A DNA stretch of 64,000 bases from a virus. The first letter of the stretch is position 1. Each line of letters begins with the position of its first letter. The notes below the pieces were generated by a model. It worked only from the letters and a program-made list of their open reading frames with translations, did not search any database and was not told the origin of the DNA. This document shows positions 15,443 to 24,214 of this stretch, one piece after another. The stretch lies in IMG/VR virus record IMGVR_UViG_3300045988_130116; one strand, given 5' to 3'. The position numbers were made by a program, and so were the translations under genes.

Positions 15443-15757
15443 TTAATCTAAATCTATACCTAATTCTTTACATTTCGCTCTAACGTATTCTATTGATACA
15501 TACTCGTCTTTGCCTTTTGTATAAAAAACTTCATTTCCTTCAAAGGCACATCTCCAATTAAATCCTTCTCCATTTGAATATTTTATTAAATTATCATAAT
15601 AATCCTCAAAACACCAACTATAGAAACGAGGACAACAAGGTTCTGCAACACTATAGATACCTTCATTTTGTAAAGATATTCTATATGATTCTTGTTGTTC
15701 TTTATGTGATTTACATTCTATTATAAAATCTGAATAAGCTTTTTCTTTACTAATCAT
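15443..15757 (-). CDS. hypothetical protein (104 aa)
   Basis: ORF track. RBS AAGGAG. Confidence 0.75.
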   Translation of the reverse strand: MISKEKAYSDFIIECKSHKEQQESYRISLQNEGIYSVAEPCCPRFYSWCFEDYYDNLIKYSNGEGFNWRCAFEGNEVFYTKGKDEYVSIEYVRAKCKELGIDLD

Positions 15758-16199
15758 TATTTATCTCCTTTAGCCATTTACTGGCATCTAGTTTATTATT
15801 ATATCTCTCTTTATTTTCTAATAGGTGAACAAATGCTTTAAGATAGGTCTCAAATGTCTCCTTCACAGGAAAGTTAATTATCGTCAAATTATCGCCATTA
15901 TACTCAAAATTTAAAGTTATAACTACAGAATTATTCCATTTACCATCAAAAGATTCGCAATTAAAATGTTCATAATTACAATGTTTTAAAGAGCTAATAT
16001 CAATATTCTTTTCTATTCCCTGTTCTCTTTTAATTTTATTTCTTTTCCTAATTTGTTCTGACCTACATTCTCTACAATAAGATTGAGGTACTATCTTACC
16101 ATTAGGTTTGAATCTAAACCCGAATAACTCCATTATCTTGTCTTCTCCCAAAGCTGACTTTCCGCAACAAGGACACTCTGCATATTTCCCATGTGGCAT
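15750..16199 (-). CDS. hypothetical protein with an N-terminal zinc ribbon
   Basis: CPCCGK...CRECR. The start is moved to ATG 16197-16199 (MPHGKY), preceded by GGAGGAG. Confidence 0.7.
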   Translation of the reverse strand: MPHGKYAECPCCGKSALGEDKIMELFGFRFKPNGKIVPQSYCRECRSEQIRKRNKIKREQGIEKNIDISSLKHCNYEHFNCESFDGKWNNSVVITLNFEYNGDNLTIINFPVKETFETYLKAFVHLLENKERYNNKLDASKWLKEINND

Positions 16200-16200
16200 A

Positions 16201-16635
16201 TTATATCTCCTCCTCATATTCTGTAAATATATCTACTATATAAAATCCACATAAGCTAACATATGTAAATTCATATATTTTATCAGAATTCTTTTCATCT
16301 ATTAATGCTGAATCTTTAGGGGTAATAAACATACTTCCGTTTTCAGATTCATACCAAAGAGGAATTCTCTTTTTAGCACATTTTTTAATAGTCTCAATAT
16401 CGCAATCTACAACAAGACTAAATTCATTAAAAGAACATTTCAAACTATCATCATTATAGAACCTTCTCATAAAAATATATTTTCTTGTACTGTCTTTAGG
16501 GGTTGGAGATTCCTTTTTATCATTTTTAATTAAGGCATTAGATAATGTATTTATTATATTATTATTAAATTCAAAATCATTTAATGCCTTACCCGCAAAA
16601 TTCATATCATCTAATTTTTTACCTAAATAACTCAT
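16201..16635 (-). CDS. hypothetical protein (144 aa)
   Basis: ORF track frame. The start is moved to ATG 16633-16635 (MSYLGKK), preceded by GAGGAG. Confidence 0.7.
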   Translation of the reverse strand: MSYLGKKLDDMNFAGKALNDFEFNNNIINTLSNALIKNDKKESPTPKDSTRKYIFMRRFYNDDSLKCSFNEFSLVVDCDIETIKKCAKKRIPLWYESENGSMFITPKDSALIDEKNSDKIYEFTYVSLCGFYIVDIFTEYEEEI

Positions 16636-16646
16636 ATTATCGCTCC

Positions 16647-17228
16647 TCAAACTATTGAATATTTTATACTCTTAGTGCAATTCCCATTTTTAATATACTC
16701 TTTTCTTATTAAATTATTGGTTTCTAAGAAGTTGGTTATTTTCGTTATCTTATTCAAATTCGTACTACTTCCAGAAGCCAACCCTATATTATCACATATG
16801 TAATTTCTAGTAACTATCTTACTTCCATTCTTACATATCATTTTTAACAACATATAAGTCTTTATAGTTGCAGAATCTCTATTTCTTAAAAGTATTTTAA
16901 TAATGTTGTCATCTATTAATATATATCCTTTACTGTTTTTATTGCTATAAGAAATAGTATATGTATTTTCTTTTTTTATTTTTTTTACCTTAATTAATTT
17001 TTTGTGTTTGGTTGACATTTTCATTAAAGATTTATATGTGGTTGCCCATGATTTGTGGCTTATCTTCTCTATATCTTCTTTTTCATTTCTTATAGTTCTG
17101 CTATCTATTGATATATTCTTTTTCTTTAAGTTATTTGTTCCAAAACAAGATGCTACCATTAGAGCATGGTAATCACAGTTTTTATCTTTAAGAAATTCTT
17201 TTTCAATTATTACTGGTATTTTTTTCAT
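16647..17228 (-). CDS. hypothetical basic protein (193 aa)
   Basis: ORF track. Lys-rich, possibly DNA-binding, but no motif recognised. Confidence 0.7.
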   Translation of the reverse strand: MKKIPVIIEKEFLKDKNCDYHALMVASCFGTNNLKKKNISIDSRTIRNEKEDIEKISHKSWATTYKSLMKMSTKHKKLIKVKKIKKENTYTISYSNKNSKGYILIDDNIIKILLRNRDSATIKTYMLLKMICKNGSKIVTRNYICDNIGLASGSSTNLNKITKITNFLETNNLIRKEYIKNGNCTKSIKYSIV

Positions 17229-17253
17229 GATATAATCCCTTTCTTTGTATTTA

Positions 17254-17616
17254 TTATCCCCTTATACTAACTATTTCAAATTTAAGCATAAGATTTGAAA
17301 CTTCACCATTCAATATCTTTATAATTTCTCCGTCAGGTATTCTACAAGTATATGTTAATACTTTATTAGTTTTGCTTCCATCATCTGATATAAGAGCGTG
17401 TATAAGTCTTATATAAAAAAGATTATCTCTAAAATAATAATGTTTACGGATTATTTTTAAAAGACATTCATATTGTTCTTTTGTTAAGACTTCATTATTT
17501 ATTTCAAGATAAAGTTTATCTTCTTTTTTAACAATCTTGTACCAATTTATATTATTAAATTCTACTCCGTTAATCATAGCTTCACAATTTTTACAAGTAT
17601 AATATTTATCGTTCAA
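17254..17616 (-). CDS. hypothetical protein (120 aa)
   Basis: ORF track. Confidence 0.7.
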   Translation of the reverse strand: MNDKYYTCKNCEAMINGVEFNNINWYKIVKKEDKLYLEINNEVLTKEQYECLLKIIRKHYYFRDNLFYIRLIHALISDDGSKTNKVLTYTCRIPDGEIIKILNGEVSNLMLKFEIVSIRG

Positions 17617-17631
17617 TATATCATCTCCAAT

Positions 17632-17874
17632 CTAATTACCATCTATAAATTCAATTCCATTACCATTTAGAACATGAATATTATCATCAAATTCATCTTC
17701 CTCTACATCAATTTCTTCAAGTCTCAATTTTATGTATTTATCTCCGTCATAAAAAGAATACACCGGAGATTTATTATCAATCATTATTTTTATATTTGTC
17801 TTTAATTCTTCATTTGTCTGCAATTCTTTGATTAAATTATCATAACCTTGAACATAAAGCAGCTTATTCTTCAT
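17632..17874 (-). CDS. hypothetical acidic protein (80 aa)
   Basis: ORF track. Confidence 0.65.
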   Translation of the reverse strand: MKNKLLYVQGYDNLIKELQTNEELKTNIKIMIDNKSPVYSFYDGDKYIKLRLEEIDVEEDEFDDNIHVLNGNGIEFIDGN

Positions 17875-18151
17875 CTTCTATCACCACTTCTGTCTCTTCT
17901 TCAAATTGAGGAACTAACATTACTTTATGTTCCTTACCATTCCATTTTACTGTCTCTAATTTTTCATACCAAGCATCTGTTATATTTGCTTTTCTTAGTT
18001 CTCCACTGCCGTCATCAAATTTAAGGTTTTCTAAAAGATAATCCATAAATTCACCTGCTGTTTCATCTGCTTCTGCCTTAAAGAAATCTGCATATTTTGT
18101 TTTATCTTGTTCGCTTGTTACTATAACATAATGATATAAATATTTTTCCAT
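17864..18151 (-). CDS. hypothetical acidic protein (95 aa)
   Basis: ORF track. Overlaps neighbours, consistent with translational coupling. Confidence 0.7.
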   Translation of the reverse strand: MEKYLYHYVIVTSEQDKTKYADFFKAEADETAGEFMDYLLENLKFDDGSGELRKANITDAWYEKLETVKWNGKEHKVMLVPQFEEETEVVIEDEE

Positions 18152-18418
18152 TTAATCCTCCCAATTAACTTTTATTTTAAACTCATTTGGTTGCAAATCT
18201 TCATCTACTTTTACAGGTATACCTTCAAAAGTCTTTATATAACCGTTTACAACTTTATTATAATCTTCAATATCATCTAAATTTAAATCGTCTGCAAAGA
18301 AGTTTTTATTATCTTCTTTACTTATAAATATTTCTATAGAAGTCCCAAGACCGCTGTGTGTTTTTAAAATATCCTCAGCGTCTACTAAGGCTCTAAAAAT
18401 ATTAACCATTTTATTCAT
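18152..18418 (-). CDS. hypothetical protein (88 aa)
   Basis: ORF track. Confidence 0.7.
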   Translation of the reverse strand: MNKMVNIFRALVDAEDILKTHSGLGTSIEIFISKEDNKNFFADDLNLDDIEDYNKVVNGYIKTFEGIPVKVDEDLQPNEFKIKVNWED

Positions 18419-18641
18419 TCTCTTCTACTCCTTTTGGTATTACATGATATTTATTAAATAAGAAATCGACTAAACAACCTATATATGTCTCTAAAGGACA
18501 TATTCTGTCACATTCTTTATTATTCTCACAATAATCATTAAATCTTTTATTAAATACTTCTTCAGTTGTAAAATTCTTAATCTCTTTAATGTTTATTTTA
18601 TCGCCATCTTGTTCAAATGTACATAAAACTTTTTCATTCAT
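18411..18641 (-). CDS. hypothetical protein (76 aa)
   Basis: ORF track. Confidence 0.65.
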   Translation of the reverse strand: MNEKVLCTFEQDGDKINIKEIKNFTTEEVFNKRFNDYCENNKECDRICPLETYIGCLVDFLFNKYHVIPKGVEENE

Positions 18642-18650
18642 TTACATCAC

Positions 18651-18977
18651 CTATCTTAAATAATTATTCATAGATTCGCATGAATCGCAAGTCACTGTAG
18701 CCGCATATATCTCTTTATCAAAAAGTCTTTTTAATACACACTCTAAATCGTCTATAAGTAATTTATCAAAATTACTTAATCCTCTAAGCTTTTCTTTAGA
18801 ATTAATTGAACTAAATGAAATTGGATCAGGAATATCTAATCCCATTTCATTAGCCGTATCTTTAATCATTCTTCTTTGTGTTTCACTACAACAAATTATA
18901 GGATATTTAAATTCAGCAGATTTTTTAATAAGATATGTTGTTTTTCCTCTACCTCTATTCATTTGTATTATTTCCAT
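18651..18977 (-). CDS. small P-loop-containing protein (108 aa)
   Basis: Walker A-like NRGRGKTTYL near the N-terminus and LLIDDLE later (Walker B-like). Confidence 0.5.
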   Translation of the reverse strand: MEIIQMNRGRGKTTYLIKKSAEFKYPIICCSETQRRMIKDTANEMGLDIPDPISFSSINSKEKLRGLSNFDKLLIDDLECVLKRLFDKEIYAATVTCDSCESMNNYLR

Positions 18978-19206
18978 TGCATCTACCCCTTTTTATAAAT
19001 TCTACATCATAAACTTCCCAACCCCATAACACATCAAGAAAATACATTAACAGGGATTGACCTGGCTCTACATAATGATTAAATCTATAAGTAACTTTAG
19101 TCTTCTCTAACCATATAAGTTTACCATTTACTACTCTAGGTAAAATATTATTACGAGTACGAATTTTCATATCCCCTCTATGAGGGGTGTTCATTTTAAA
19201 TCTCAT
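18955..19206 (-). CDS. hypothetical protein (83 aa)
   Basis: ORF track. Confidence 0.6.
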   Translation of the reverse strand: MRFKMNTPHRGDMKIRTRNNILPRVVNGKLIWLEKTKVTYRFNHYVEPGQSLLMYFLDVLWGWEVYDVEFIKRGRCNGNNTNE

Positions 19207-19882
19207 GTATTAACTCCTTTCTTAAATCTTTCATTATTCTACGTTCTTTCATAGCCAATGTGCTTCTCTTTATTCCTAAAGAATCTGCCAACTGTTGTTG
19301 TGTACATTTTTCGTATCCATTTAACCCATATCTTCTTTCTATAAGAAGTTTATTGTCTTCTGATAGCATATTTAATATTTTATTAACCAATTCTTTAGTT
19401 TCGCTTATTCTTATATTTTTATCAAAATCAACTTCTTCTTTAAGAAAACCTTCAAAAGAATTGTCGTTTTCTTCGTTCTTTGAAATTTCTGCATTAAAAG
19501 AAACCGTTTTTATATTTCTTTTTTCTCTATTAAAAGCATTAATTAATTCATTTTCTATACTTCTGTAGAAATAAGAGATTGGTTTTTTATCTTTAGAAAT
19601 CGGAATCTTATTTATCCCTTCCATAAGCCCTAACATTCCTGTCGCCATTAAATCCTCTTTAGAATAATTGTTTATATAAAAATTACTAGATATACTTGCC
19701 ACTAGGGGAGTGAAATTGGCAACTATAGTCTCATAATCTTTATTCATTAAACAATTATCTATTTCTTTTTTGGATAAATATTTTCTCAACGAACCACCTC
19801 TCTTTAAAGTTCTTATACTATAATTATAACCATTTTTAGATTTTTTATTCATTTTTTTGTAATATTTGGCTAATAATGTCAA
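19196..19882 (-). CDS. sigma-70 family sigma factor (phage-encoded)
   Basis: Region 2-like DLMATGMLGLMEGINK...YFYRSIENELINAF and region 4 HTH QQLADSLGIKRSTLAMKERRIMKDLRKEL. The true start is uncertain: TTG at 19882 or ATG at 19852, and neither has a good RBS. Confidence 0.7.
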   Translation of the reverse strand: MTLLAKYYKKMNKKSKNGYNYSIRTLKRGGSLRKYLSKKEIDNCLMNKDYETIVANFTPLVASISSNFYINNYSKEDLMATGMLGLMEGINKIPISKDKKPISYFYRSIENELINAFNREKRNIKTVSFNAEISKNEENDNSFEGFLKEEVDFDKNIRISETKELVNKILNMLSEDNKLLIERRYGLNGYEKCTQQQLADSLGIKRSTLAMKERRIMKDLRKELIHEI

Positions 19883-19927
19883 AATTTTTTTAATTCCATT
19901 AAACGCTATTTATTCAAGCACAAAGTC

Positions 19928-20021
19928 AAATAAAGACCCTTACTGCCACCAAATAAAGACCTCTATTTTTTGGCTTTTCAAAATTCCAAATAAAGACCTC
20001 TTACAAGAGAAAATAAAGACC
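19928..20021. repeat. four direct repeats of AAATAAAGACC(C/T)CT in the divergent control region
   Basis: Copies at 19928-19938, 19951-19961, 19988-19998 and 20011-20021 (spacing 23, 37, 23 nt). Confidence 0.7.
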
Positions 20022-20476
20022 TCTACAAGAGAAAATACTGGTTCAGTAATGTATGTATATTATATATTTAATATTAAATAATAATATATAAATATATTAT
20101 TATTTTTGCGAAGCTATCGCTCCGGTACATCTTTTTCTTGGTATTTTTTTCTTTTAATTTAATCCTTATAGTTTAAACGAGATTAATTCTTAACTTGTCG
20201 CATAGCATACGCAAACACTATTTTTAAAATTTTTATTTTTTTTCTTTTTTTTTGAATAAAGAGTAAAATTCATGGTATATTAAGAGTATAAGAACAACTG
20301 AAAGAATCAATTATTTAATATCTTATGGTGTCTTCTTATAGAGCAAACAGTGTCAATTATTTTTCCGTTATATTTGGTACATAGACGAAAATAAAAAAAT
20401 ATTTTTAAAAAAAATGAATATATTTCTTAAAACTGGATATAATATTATTAGGGAGTTAAAAAACTTAATATCTGAG

Positions 20477-20501
20477 TTGACAACATTCTGATAATTACAA
20501 T
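20477..20501 (+). promoter_or_regulatory. early-promoter look-alike with a 13-bp spacer (TTGACA-13-TACAAT) before the first rightward gene
   Basis: TTGACAacattctgataatTACAAT versus TTGACAacagtctgataatatgaTACAAT at 1069-1097. The spacer matches in 12 of its 13 nt but lacks ATGA. Confidence 0.4.
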
Positions 20502-20519
20502 CAGAAAGTAGGAAAGATA

Positions 20520-21722
20520 TTGTTAGCAAATTACACGTTTAAAGGGAAGATAGATGGCAAGTCTATTAAAGACTATCAAAACAAAATAGATTTAAGTGTT
20601 AAAACAAGCCAAGAGATAATCGACCAAGTGAATAAAATTTTAAATATAGAAGAGATTAATGGGGTTCAGTTTAATGGTGATTTATTTTGGCAAGTTATTT
20701 GGGACGAAGGAGTTTGTAAAGCAGATATAAATACAAACGAATTATGTTGGAGCAATACAGAAGTATGCAAAACACTAGAGATATTAGCATCGTACATACT
20801 TATGAAAGACGATAAAGAAAAAAGAAAAGAATGTAAAATGTATGATGATTACAAATTAACAAAAAGAGCAGAAAAAGATAGGGAAAAGGTTTGTCAGATT
20901 GGAGTTAACGAAGATGATGAGGTTGTAGTTCTTAAAGATGTAAAAAATTATAAAAAATACAAGAAAACTACTGTTAATAAATCTGACATTAAAGAATATT
21001 CCGAACTTAAATGTTATGATGACTACAAGGAATATATGAAAACCTTATTCCATGGTGAAAATGCCAAAGAGAATAGACTTGAGCTGATAGAAAGACTAAA
21101 GAATAAGGGTTATGACATTTCTAATGGTAAACTTTATAAATTTGTTAAAACCACACTTCCAAGTATATCAGAAGATATGTTAAGTGTTAAATTAAGTAAA
21201 ACACAACCAATTAAATGGAAACAACCACTTAGAGACAGTCATCAATCATTTAATTTTGAAATGTTGGATATGTTTGACCCTCAACAAGTTAAATATGCTT
21301 TAGTAACTGATAAAAATTTAGAATTTTCTACTAGAAATGAGTTTTGTATAACTCTTGACGAAATTATTAAAAAAACACACCTTACTAAAAATCAAAAGAT
21401 AATATTAAACAAGTGGAGAAAAGATTGGCAAGTAGTTAAAATAGCAGAATATATGCAAGTAGATGTTGCTTATGTATCTAGGGAAATTGACACAATAGCT
21501 AAAAAAATAAGTAATGCCTACATAGACGAATATGAAGAACAATATTATTATATGAATTTAGTTAAGGGAACTTATAAGAAATGCTCTTGCTGTGGAGAGA
21601 ATAAGTTGGTAAAGCATTTTAATAAACATTCTGTAAAGAATGGAGAAATAATATATATGAGTATTTGCTCGGATTGTAGAAAAAAACACCGAGAAAAAAA
21701 AGAAAGGAAGAGGAAAAGATGA
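20520..21722 (+). CDS. putative transcription regulator (HTH plus C-terminal zinc ribbon), first rightward gene
   Basis: LTKNQKIILNKWRKDWQVVKIAEYMQVDVAYVSREIDTIAKKI looks like a sigma region 4 / LuxR-type HTH. Also CSCCGE...CSDCRKK. TTG start. Confidence 0.45.
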   Translation: MLANYTFKGKIDGKSIKDYQNKIDLSVKTSQEIIDQVNKILNIEEINGVQFNGDLFWQVIWDEGVCKADINTNELCWSNTEVCKTLEILASYILMKDDKEKRKECKMYDDYKLTKRAEKDREKVCQIGVNEDDEVVVLKDVKNYKKYKKTTVNKSDIKEYSELKCYDDYKEYMKTLFHGENAKENRLELIERLKNKGYDISNGKLYKFVKTTLPSISEDMLSVKLSKTQPIKWKQPLRDSHQSFNFEMLDMFDPQQVKYALVTDKNLEFSTRNEFCITLDEIIKKTHLTKNQKIILNKWRKDWQVVKIAEYMQVDVAYVSREIDTIAKKISNAYIDEYEEQYYYMNLVKGTYKKCSCCGENKLVKHFNKHSVKNGEIIYMSICSDCRKKHREKKERKRKR

Positions 21723-22006
21723 AAAAGAAAGATTTAATAAAAAGAGTAGCAGATAAATGTGATTATTCTCAAAGACAAGTAGAAGAAATGTATGACGTTC
21801 TTAAAGATGTTGTAGAGGACGCTATAGCAGATGGTGAAGAATTTAAATTATTAGGCTTTATAAAAATAGGAACTAAAAAATTAAGTCCTAGAAAAGGTAA
21901 AATGACTAATAGATTTGGTGAAGTTGTAGAATGGGAAAGAACAGAAGAAATTACTGTTCCAACTGTAGGATTAACTAAATATATAACTAAACGTTTTAAA
22001 GAGTAA
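21719..22006 (+). CDS. HU/IHF-family DNA-binding protein
   Basis: MKKKDLIKRVADKCDYSQRQVEEMYDVLKDVVEDAIADGEEFKLLGFIKIGTKKLSPRKG has the HU family layout, with a longer beta-arm region. Confidence 0.65.
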   Translation: MKKKDLIKRVADKCDYSQRQVEEMYDVLKDVVEDAIADGEEFKLLGFIKIGTKKLSPRKGKMTNRFGEVVEWERTEEITVPTVGLTKYITKRFKE

Positions 22007-22224
22007 TATAGAACTTTAAAAAATGGATAATATGAGCTTATAGACACACACAGCTAATTTTACATATAACAAGCTACTTTTGGTAAGAGTTAAGTTACTT
22101 GTGTCTAGTAATTTTTCATATTATCCTCCAATTTTATTATACTTAGGCGATTACCGCAATTATTTTATAAAGGAAATTAAAAACAAATTTTTATAACTAG
22201 ATTAATACATCGCCTAGCGAATAT

Positions 22225-22292
22225 GGATATATAGTTTAACAGGCAAAATACTTACCGGAAAAGAGTTATAGGTTCGAGTCCTATTATATCCT
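22225..22292 (+). tRNA. tRNA-like gene, isotype unresolved (non-canonical anticodon arm)
   Basis: Perfect 7-bp acceptor stem GGATATA/TATATCC. T arm ATAGG-TTCGAGT-CCTAT. D loop with GG. Only 36 nt lie between acceptor and T arm. The best anticodon-stem foldings place C rather than U at position 33 (loop ACCGGAA or CCGGAAA). No encoded CCA. Confidence 0.5.
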
Positions 22293-22489
22293 CATGATAT
22301 AACCCCCTTTCAATTATATTATTATACTTAAAGACACATACAGCAATTTTTAAATACTTTATTTTATAAAAAACAATTTATATTAACTTAAATAGAATTT
22401 CATAAATACCTCCTTTGATTTAATGATATGTAAGAATGTGTCTTGTAATACCTCCTATAGGACTACTGAACGGGAAGTAGTCCTAATAT

Positions 22490-22558
22490 GACAAGGTGGA
22501 GTAATGGAAACTCGTTAGATTAATTCTAAAGATGTAGGTTCAAATCCTTCCCTTGTGA
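22490..22558 (+). tRNA. tRNA-like gene, non-canonical (anticodon loop AUUAAUU would give UAA)
   Basis: U8, D arm GAGT-AATGGAA-ACTC and T loop TTCAAAT are canonical. Deviations: G1xG72 mismatch, TxT mismatch in the T stem, no position 26, a 3-nt variable region, and U at position 37. It lacks the long variable arm expected of a bacterial tRNA-Leu(UAA). Confidence 0.45.
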
Positions 22559-22606
22559 ATATTTAACATTTTACCTTCTTTCTACCCCTCTTTTGAGGGG
22601 GCTTAT

Positions 22607-22681
22607 GCTGGTGTGGCTCAATGGCAGAGCAGCTGACTTGTAATCAGCAGGTTGTAGGTTCGACTCCTATCGCCAGCTCCA
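22607..22681 (+). tRNA. tRNA-Thr (anticodon UGU), CCA encoded
   Basis: Hand-folded cloverleaf: acceptor GCTGGTG/CGCCAGC, D arm GCTC-AATGGCA-GAGC, anticodon arm GCTGA-CTTGTAA-TCAGC, T arm GTAGG-TTCGACT-CCTAT, then TCCA. Confidence 0.85.
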
Positions 22682-22739
22682 AACAATTTATAAAAGATAT
22701 TAACAGCATAATTAAAATAGTATCTTGAGAGGTGATAAT

Positions 22740-24200
22740 ATGAATAAAACGTTACTTAAAGAATTAAAAAAGGCAACTAATTATACATATACAGAAAATG
22801 GTGGCTTAACACATAAAAGTACTTTAAATAAATGTTATGATTTATTTGCTTTTGGTGGAGCATCAAGAGGGAAAGGCGAAGAAGATATATTAGATATGTT
22901 TTATGATACTTTAAGAGAAGACAAACTGTTAGCGATGAAATTATTGTTTTACATTAGAGATGTAAGAGGTGGGTTAGGAGAGAGAAGAACTTTTAGAATT
23001 ATTCTTAAATCTTTAGCGAATTCTCATCCTTATTTAATTGAAAAAAATATAGATTTAATCCCCTTTTATGGTAGATATGATGATTTATTAGTATTATTCG
23101 ACACTAAATGTGAAGATAAGATGATTAACTTAATAGCTAAAACATTAATAGATGATTGCAGAACTAATCAGCCAACATTGTTAGCTAAATGGTTACCTAG
23201 TGAAAATGCCAGTTCTAGTGATTCTAGGAGACTTGCTAGAAAGTTAGCTAAAAAGCTTTCTCTTACTAATAGAGAGTATCGAAAGACATTATCTAGTATA
23301 AGAAATAAAATAAAAATTGTTGAAAATTTATTAAGCGAAAAAAAATATAATGAAATAGAATTTGATAAATTACCTAGTAAAGCAGGATTAAAATATAGAG
23401 ATGCTTTTTTAAGACATGAGGAATTATGTACTAGATATGTAGAGTTTATTGATAATAAAAATAGTAAAATAAATGCTAAAACTTTATATCCATATGACAT
23501 AATAAGAAATGTTTGGAATTGTGAGACTCATGAAAGAAAGGTGCTTGATAAATACTGGAAAAATTTGCCTGATTATTTTGATGGTAAACCTTGTAGTATA
23601 TTGCCAGTAATAGATAATTCGGGGTCAATGACTTGGAATTTAAATGGTGGCGTAATTCCAATAGATGTAGCAGTTTCTTTAGGAATATATTGTGCAGAGA
23701 GAAATCTTGGAGATTTCCATAATCACTATATTAGCTTTAGTAGAACTCCTAAATTAGTGGAAATAAAAGGCAACAATATAGTTGAGAAAACTTTAAGTGC
23801 AGTAAAAAATGTTCTTTATGAGAATACTAATATAGAAGCAGTGTTTGATTTAATATTAAAAACTTTAAAGAAAAGTGATTTATCAGAAGAATGCTTGCCT
23901 AAACACATTGTTATAATTTCTGATATGGAATTTGATGAAGGAACTAGATGTAACGATAGTGTAACATTAATGGAACGTATTAGAAAAGAATGGGCAAAAG
24001 AAGGATATACAATGCCAAACTTAGTTTATTGGAATGTGTGTTCTAGGAGAAACAATATATCAGATTTAGGAGCAGATAATATTACTTATGTAAGTGGTTG
24101 TACTCCAATGATATTTAAGAGCATTATGAGTGGTAAAAATGGTATGGATTTAATGTTAGATACATTAAATAGTGATAGATATTCAAGTATAAGAGTATAG
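22740..24200 (+). CDS. helical-domain plus vWA/MIDAS protein (DUF2828-like; Ro60-like architecture)
   Basis: RBS GAGAGGTG before ATG 22740 (the track start at 22725 is a TTG extension). N-terminal helical region with FYIRDVRGGLGERR. C-terminal vWA with MIDAS LPVIDNSGSM and a later IVIISDMEFD. Confidence 0.55.
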   Translation: MNKTLLKELKKATNYTYTENGGLTHKSTLNKCYDLFAFGGASRGKGEEDILDMFYDTLREDKLLAMKLLFYIRDVRGGLGERRTFRIILKSLANSHPYLIEKNIDLIPFYGRYDDLLVLFDTKCEDKMINLIAKTLIDDCRTNQPTLLAKWLPSENASSSDSRRLARKLAKKLSLTNREYRKTLSSIRNKIKIVENLLSEKKYNEIEFDKLPSKAGLKYRDAFLRHEELCTRYVEFIDNKNSKINAKTLYPYDIIRNVWNCETHERKVLDKYWKNLPDYFDGKPCSILPVIDNSGSMTWNLNGGVIPIDVAVSLGIYCAERNLGDFHNHYISFSRTPKLVEIKGNNIVEKTLSAVKNVLYENTNIEAVFDLILKTLKKSDLSEECLPKHIVIISDMEFDEGTRCNDSVTLMERIRKEWAKEGYTMPNLVYWNVCSRRNNISDLGADNITYVSGCTPMIFKSIMSGKNGMDLMLDTLNSDRYSSIRV

Positions 24201-24214
24201 AGAGGAGATATAAT

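Noticed and set aside
19866-20081. 71-aa plus-strand ORF across the divergent control region
   Set aside because: It spans the AAATAAAGACC repeat array, has no RBS, and begins inside the sigma-factor gene start region. It is better explained as regulatory DNA.
22490-22558. Ochre suppressor tRNA (anticodon UUA) implying stop-codon recoding
   Set aside because: The only registers with U33 give anticodon UAA (sense UUA/UUG), not UUA. All long ORFs in the window terminate normally and show no in-frame TAA, TAG or TGA read-through requirement apart from the intron and the methyltransferase indel.
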